Source of the DNA: an uncultured Candidatus Sumerlaeota bacterium
GTDB lineage: Bacteria; CAYMEV01
Assembly (NCBI GenBank): GCA_964389675.1
Contig: CAYMEV010000020.1
Span: 58,768-78,767, forward strand
DNA: 20,000 nt
Direction of reading: 5' to 3'
Of the stretch, positions 15,772-20,000 are shown one piece after another. How positions within the stretch are numbered: the first letter of the stretch is position 1; each line of letters starts with the position of its first letter. Under the pieces are notes generated by a model. The model was not told the origin of the DNA. It made no database searches and saw only the letters and a program-made list of their open reading frames with translations. The position numbers were made by a program, and so were the translations under genes.

Positions 15772-17856
15772 GATTTCAACCCCGAGATTATAGAGAAGGA
15801 ACCCGTATTCATCTGCAGTCTGCCTTATGTTTGAATCAATAGTCGTTCCCCCGGTGTGGCCTGAATCTTCATTTATAAGCAGTAAAACCGGGTTTTCAGA
15901 TATATTGGCTTCCTGGATTGCAGCAGCCATTTTCATCGCATGGAATGGCGCAGTGCGTGCATCATTTTCAGAAGCAGAAAATAAAATGGCAGGATAAGCT
16001 GTTTTGTCTTTAATATTATGATAGGGAGAATATTTAAGAAGATACTTAAACTGATCAGGATTATCTGAGCTTCCGTATTCTCTTGCCCATATATTTGCAT
16101 AGTCAAATTTATGATACCTTAGCATGTCGAGCAGTGGTACCTGGCACAGCACAGCCCTGAAAAGCTCCGGACGCTGGACAGTAACAGCACCCATAAGCAG
16201 TCCGCCGTTACTTCCACCCTGAATTGCTATTCTTTGGGGATTTGTGTATTTCTTTTCTATAAGCCACTCTGCAGCAGATATAAAATCATCAAAAACATTC
16301 TGTTTTTTTTCGAACATTCCTGCTTCATGCCATTCTTTTCCAAGATCGCCTCCCCCTCTCAGCATTGGAAGGGCAATAAGAATGCCTGATTCTAACAGGA
16401 CATTGTAGATATTCTTGAACCTGGGCCTCACACAAATATTAAAACCGCCATAGCCGCTTAAAAGTACAGGATTATTCCCATTTTTCAGCATGCCTTCCTT
16501 ATGGATCAGAAACATTGGTATATTAGTGCCGTCTTTGGACCGGTAATGGACAATCCGGGTAATTATTCCATCTGTTAATGCAGAATTGACAGGCTTTTTG
16601 ATCATGGAAAGGGCATTGTTTTCAAGATCAAGCAAATAGACAGCCTCAGGAACAGCAAATGAGCTGAATGAGATCCTTGTCTCATCTTTTTTCCACCATC
16701 CTGATATATGCGCTGTACCTATAGAGGGCAGGGTTATATCCTTAAAAAAATTTCCATCAGGTTTGTAAGCCGTTATTTTTGTATATCCATCATTAATATA
16801 TGAGGCAAAAAATATGCCTCCTATTCCGGCAAAATCAGCCATAAGGCTGTCTGTTTCAGGAATAAACACACTCCAGTTTTTCCTCTGGGGTGTTTCAGGG
16901 TCAGCTTTAAGGACCATTTTATTCGGAGCATTGTAATCAGTATGTATATACAGGATATCATCATAGATATTGCAGTCATACTGTGCATCAAAGCCCTTTA
17001 CTACTGGAACAGGATCAATATCACTCCCCGCAGGTTTAATGTAAACCTCATTTCCGTAGAAAACGCGTTTTATCCTTATTTCCCATTTTCCATCCTCACT
17101 GAAATATATATAGTGGAACATCTCCTTTGATTCTTCAGAGAACCAGACTTTCCTGTCCCGTTCAGCAGGCGCGCCTAAATTATGCAGGTATACTGCCTGC
17201 CAGTAGTACTCTTCATTCTCCGGGACCTCACCCTTTTTTGGATTTGCAATATAATAAAAGCCTGTGCTGTCCGGAAGCCAGTCTGATATTCTCTGTCTCC
17301 ATCCATTTAATGTATCAGGAAGGATATCACCGCTTTCTGTATCCATAATATATAGCACAGGAGATTCGTCTCCCTTCATGGATTTTCCAAATGCAAGGTA
17401 TTTCCCGTCTCTGGAAGGCTTCCAATAATGAAGTACAGCCCCTTTTTCCCATTTGTTGGGGTCTATAAGAAGCTTTCCGCTGGCACCTTTTTCAGATTTA
17501 GTGTAAAGCATGGGATGCTCAAGTCCCTTTTTCTGTATAGTATAAAATATCCTGGTGCTGTTCAGTGTTTTTTCAGGCAGGGATTCATCATCATACCTCA
17601 TCAGATTTTCAAGCTTTTCCCGCAGCTGGCCTATCTGCTGGATATTAACCAGATATGAGCATGTCACCTTTTCCTGAGCCTCTATCCATACTTTTACCTC
17701 AGGGTCTTCAGCATTCTCAAGCCACTGGTAATTGTCAGTTATTTTTGTGCCGTGATAATCATCTTCAACCGGATTTTTTGGAGTTTCGGGATATTCATAG
17801 GCACTGATGCATAATGATAGGCATAAAAATGCCAGCAGAAAAAAATTATTCATCAT
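15766..17856 (-). CDS. Secreted prolyl oligopeptidase (peptidase S9A)
   Basis: Signal peptide, then YPETPK..VEDDYHGTKITDNYQWLE. Motifs GYGGFN, LRGGGDLG..WH, KQNVFDDF, nucleophile GGSNGG, NDART (Asp) and SGHTGG (His). AGGAG RBS. Confidence 0.95.
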   Translation of the reverse strand: MMNNFFLLAFLCLSLCISAYEYPETPKNPVEDDYHGTKITDNYQWLENAEDPEVKVWIEAQEKVTCSYLVNIQQIGQLREKLENLMRYDDESLPEKTLNSTRIFYTIQKKGLEHPMLYTKSEKGASGKLLIDPNKWEKGAVLHYWKPSRDGKYLAFGKSMKGDESPVLYIMDTESGDILPDTLNGWRQRISDWLPDSTGFYYIANPKKGEVPENEEYYWQAVYLHNLGAPAERDRKVWFSEESKEMFHYIYFSEDGKWEIRIKRVFYGNEVYIKPAGSDIDPVPVVKGFDAQYDCNIYDDILYIHTDYNAPNKMVLKADPETPQRKNWSVFIPETDSLMADFAGIGGIFFASYINDGYTKITAYKPDGNFFKDITLPSIGTAHISGWWKKDETRISFSSFAVPEAVYLLDLENNALSMIKKPVNSALTDGIITRIVHYRSKDGTNIPMFLIHKEGMLKNGNNPVLLSGYGGFNICVRPRFKNIYNVLLESGILIALPMLRGGGDLGKEWHEAGMFEKKQNVFDDFISAAEWLIEKKYTNPQRIAIQGGSNGGLLMGAVTVQRPELFRAVLCQVPLLDMLRYHKFDYANIWAREYGSSDNPDQFKYLLKYSPYHNIKDKTAYPAILFSASENDARTAPFHAMKMAAAIQEANISENPVLLLINEDSGHTGGTTIDSNIRQTADEYGFLLYNLGVEIR

Positions 17857-18007
17857 AAAAATCTCCTGTGAAATAATTTAATCAATGTTAGAATGTACGC
17901 TATAATTACCCGGGATGTTTCTTCAGCCTGGGACAAAAAAATAAAGATATTTATATAATCTGATAGTATAATATAATTCCTAAGGGAAAAATCCTGAAAG
18001 GAGGTTT

Positions 18008-18463
18008 ATGATGAAGTATATCTTTATAATTTTTGCGGTATTTTTTCTAATCCCGGTAATAAAAGGCCAGGACCCCGATTATGACCCGGAACTGGCAAAA
18101 GACCTGGGTGCTGACGAGTATGGCATGAAATCATATGTCTTCGTTATATTGAAAACGGGACCGGCTGAAATGGATGACCAGGAGAAGATCAATGAGCTGT
18201 TCAGGGGCCATCTGGATAACATAAACCGCCTTACAGAGTCAGGGAAGCTTATCCTTGCCGGTCCACTGGGGAAAAATGATAAGGAATACAGGGGGCTCTT
18301 TATATTTGATGTGGAGAATATTTCTGAAGCAGAAAAGCTTGTAAATACTGACCCTGCTGTCAGGGAGAAACTTCTGGAGGCTGAATTATATAAATGGTAT
18401 GGCTCTGCAGCATTGCCGGAATACCTCCGGGTTCATAAAAAGATTGAAAAATCCAAACCCTGA
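18008..18463 (+). CDS. YciI-family protein with signal peptide
   Basis: LGADEYGMKSYVFVILKTG, FRGHLDNI (conserved His), GKLILAGP, RGLFIF, TDPAV, WYGSAAL. AAAGGAGG RBS. TATAAT-like boxes at ~17967-17979. Confidence 0.85.
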   Translation: MMKYIFIIFAVFFLIPVIKGQDPDYDPELAKDLGADEYGMKSYVFVILKTGPAEMDDQEKINELFRGHLDNINRLTESGKLILAGPLGKNDKEYRGLFIFDVENISEAEKLVNTDPAVREKLLEAELYKWYGSAALPEYLRVHKKIEKSKP

Positions 18464-18489
18464 AATAGTATATAAAGCTGGAGGTTTAT

Positions 18490-19731
18490 TTGAATACTTG
18501 TAATAAAAGAATAATTAAGCTTTCTTTATATATTCTTCTGCTCCTGCTGTTGCTGATCGTTTCCTATTTCCTTTTTGCCGGTTTTTCATTTAATGATTAT
18601 CAGAAGGGTATCCATATAGTCAGCTGGTCCGGATTGAAGGCTGTTTTTACTGACAATGACCTTCAATTGTTTATTAATGAGCCAATAAGCCTGGATCTGA
18701 ATGGTGAAGACGGCCCTTACATAATAGGGGACATGGCTTTCCATATAACTCAGGATAATAGAATGGAAAAACAGAGGATTAACCGGGATGAAAAAATTGA
18801 TGTTTATGTGAATAATAGCGATAAAGATACATTCAAGGTCACATTAAGAGATGATCTGCCAGCTGAAGAAAGCATATTTGAAATGCCCCCCAGGCTTCTT
18901 GCTATATCTGATATTGAGGGTAATTTTAATGCATTTTACAGCCTTCTTATAAGCAATAACGTAATGGATGAGAATTATGAATGGATATTTGATGACGGCC
19001 ATCTCGTCCTTGTAGGGGATTTCGTTGACAGAGGGAGTGATGTTACTCAGGTCTTATGGCTTATTTACCGCCTTGAACAGGAGGCGCTGGATAAGGGGGG
19101 GAGGGTGCATTTCCTTCTCGGAAACCATGAAATGATGAATATCAGGGGAAGGACAGCATATATTGATCCCAGATATATAAAGGCTTATCAGCTTATCAGC
19201 GGCATGGATAACTGGGATGATGCATGCTCTTATATGTTTTCTGATAAAACAGAGATTGGGAAATGGATCAGGAGCAAAAATACCGCCGTAAGAATTGGCG
19301 ATATTTTGTTTGTACATGGAGGTTTCAGCCCTGATATTCTTAATTATGAAATATCTTTAGTAACATTAAATACAATATTCAGAGAGAATTTTGATTCAGA
19401 TTTTTCAGAAAAAAGCAATATTGAGGGTAAAATACGTTTTCTGTTTGGTTCAAGAGGGCCTCTCTGGTATAGAGGACTTGTCAGGGATTATGCCGGAAGT
19501 CAAAGATTGTCCGAAACTGAACTGACCCGGATACTTGATTATTATGATGCATCAGGAATTGTTGTCGGACACTGCATAGTTGATGATATCTCAGCAGATT
19601 ATAATAAAGCATTAATAATGATAGATATCCTGCATGGAAAGGGCAAATTCAGCGGTAAAAGCAAGGGGCTTCTAATTGAGGGAGAGGCTGTTTATGCTGT
19701 TGATGATAATGGGGTTAGAACAAGATTATAA
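18490..19731 (+). CDS. Calcineurin-like metallophosphoesterase, Shewanella-like phosphatase (Shelph) type, with N-terminal membrane anchor
   Basis: SDIEG, LVGDFVDRG, LLGNHE, FVHGG, GPLWYRG, IVVGHC, ID. TTG start after GGAGG. N-terminal hydrophobic run LYILLLLLLLIVSYFLF. Confidence 0.9.
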   Translation: MNTCNKRIIKLSLYILLLLLLLIVSYFLFAGFSFNDYQKGIHIVSWSGLKAVFTDNDLQLFINEPISLDLNGEDGPYIIGDMAFHITQDNRMEKQRINRDEKIDVYVNNSDKDTFKVTLRDDLPAEESIFEMPPRLLAISDIEGNFNAFYSLLISNNVMDENYEWIFDDGHLVLVGDFVDRGSDVTQVLWLIYRLEQEALDKGGRVHFLLGNHEMMNIRGRTAYIDPRYIKAYQLISGMDNWDDACSYMFSDKTEIGKWIRSKNTAVRIGDILFVHGGFSPDILNYEISLVTLNTIFRENFDSDFSEKSNIEGKIRFLFGSRGPLWYRGLVRDYAGSQRLSETELTRILDYYDASGIVVGHCIVDDISADYNKALIMIDILHGKGKFSGKSKGLLIEGEAVYAVDDNGVRTRL

Positions 19732-19814
19732 AATATCATTCCTTTTTTAATACCAATTATATTCTCGGGGCTAACAGCATTATGCCCTTTCTGGTTAAAT
19801 TTTAGCTTCTGCTA

Positions 19815-19844
19815 TTGACAGCCAGGTATAGAAGTATTTATAAT
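19815..19844 (+). promoter_or_regulatory. Consensus sigma70 promoter
   Basis: TTGACA (19815-19820), 18-nt spacer, TATAAT (19839-19844): both hexamers match the consensus exactly, in non-coding DNA. Confidence 0.65.
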
Positions 19845-20000
19845 TATCCAGCATAGAAGAAACTGGGTATAGCAAGCCCTTTAGAGAGCGAGTATTGGAT
19901 ACTCATTTCAGCATTATCCGTGTATATCTCGATCTAAATATTATAAACTGATAGTAAAATCAATTTTCACCCTTCAGCTCAAATCTTAAAAATCTCAAAA

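Noticed and set aside
6327-18463. Selenocysteine (UGA) read-through, suggested by selA
   Set aside because: The TGA stops at 7073, 8404 and 10453 are ATGA coupling overlaps at natural C-termini. The TGA at 18463 is followed by an in-frame TAA four codons later. No Cys-homologous UGA position or SECIS was seen.
152-19317. Short alternative-frame and antisense ORFs in the ORF track (e.g. 5027-5443, 8800-9108, 10202-10537, 14949-15281)
   Set aside because: All lie within or across longer genes with clear family motifs and show no recognisable motif themselves, so they are treated as shadow ORFs.
19843-19920. SAM-I riboswitch (TTATCCAG start)
   Set aside because: The downstream GAGGGA/GCCC kink-turn arrangement, GCAACC and GTGC elements are absent.
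1-20000. CRISPR array, IS/transposase, integrase or prophage genes
   Set aside because: No regularly spaced direct repeats, terminal inverted repeats or such ORFs were seen. The only periodic sequences are coding TPR, SH3b and FG-GAP-like repeats.

Overview
This is an AT-rich, gene-dense bacterial window; I do not assign a lineage. I found no rRNA, tRNA, CRISPR array or mobile element. From left to right: the 3' tail of a probable SAM methyltransferase (+); a 1297-aa secreted modular NlpC/P60-like cell-wall peptidase with two SH3b domains and C-terminal FG-GAP-like repeats (-); a KtrB/TrkH-KtrA/TrkA potassium uptake pair (-). A divergent + strand run follows: an orphan ABC ATPase, selA, and three paralogous membrane-anchored trypsin/HtrA-fold proteins, all five overlapping, then after a 55-nt gap a double adenylate cyclase-STAND ATPase-TPR protein. 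The window ends with a secreted prolyl oligopeptidase (-), a YciI-family protein and a Shelph-type metallophosphoesterase (+), and a consensus sigma70 promoter. The most unusual element is the protease trio (8401-11790): two members have lost the catalytic serine, one keeps a full His-Asp-Ser triad, none has a PDZ domain, and their accessory domains appear complementary. This suggests a hetero-oligomeric protease/pseudoprotease module in an odd operon with selA and a STAND cyclase.
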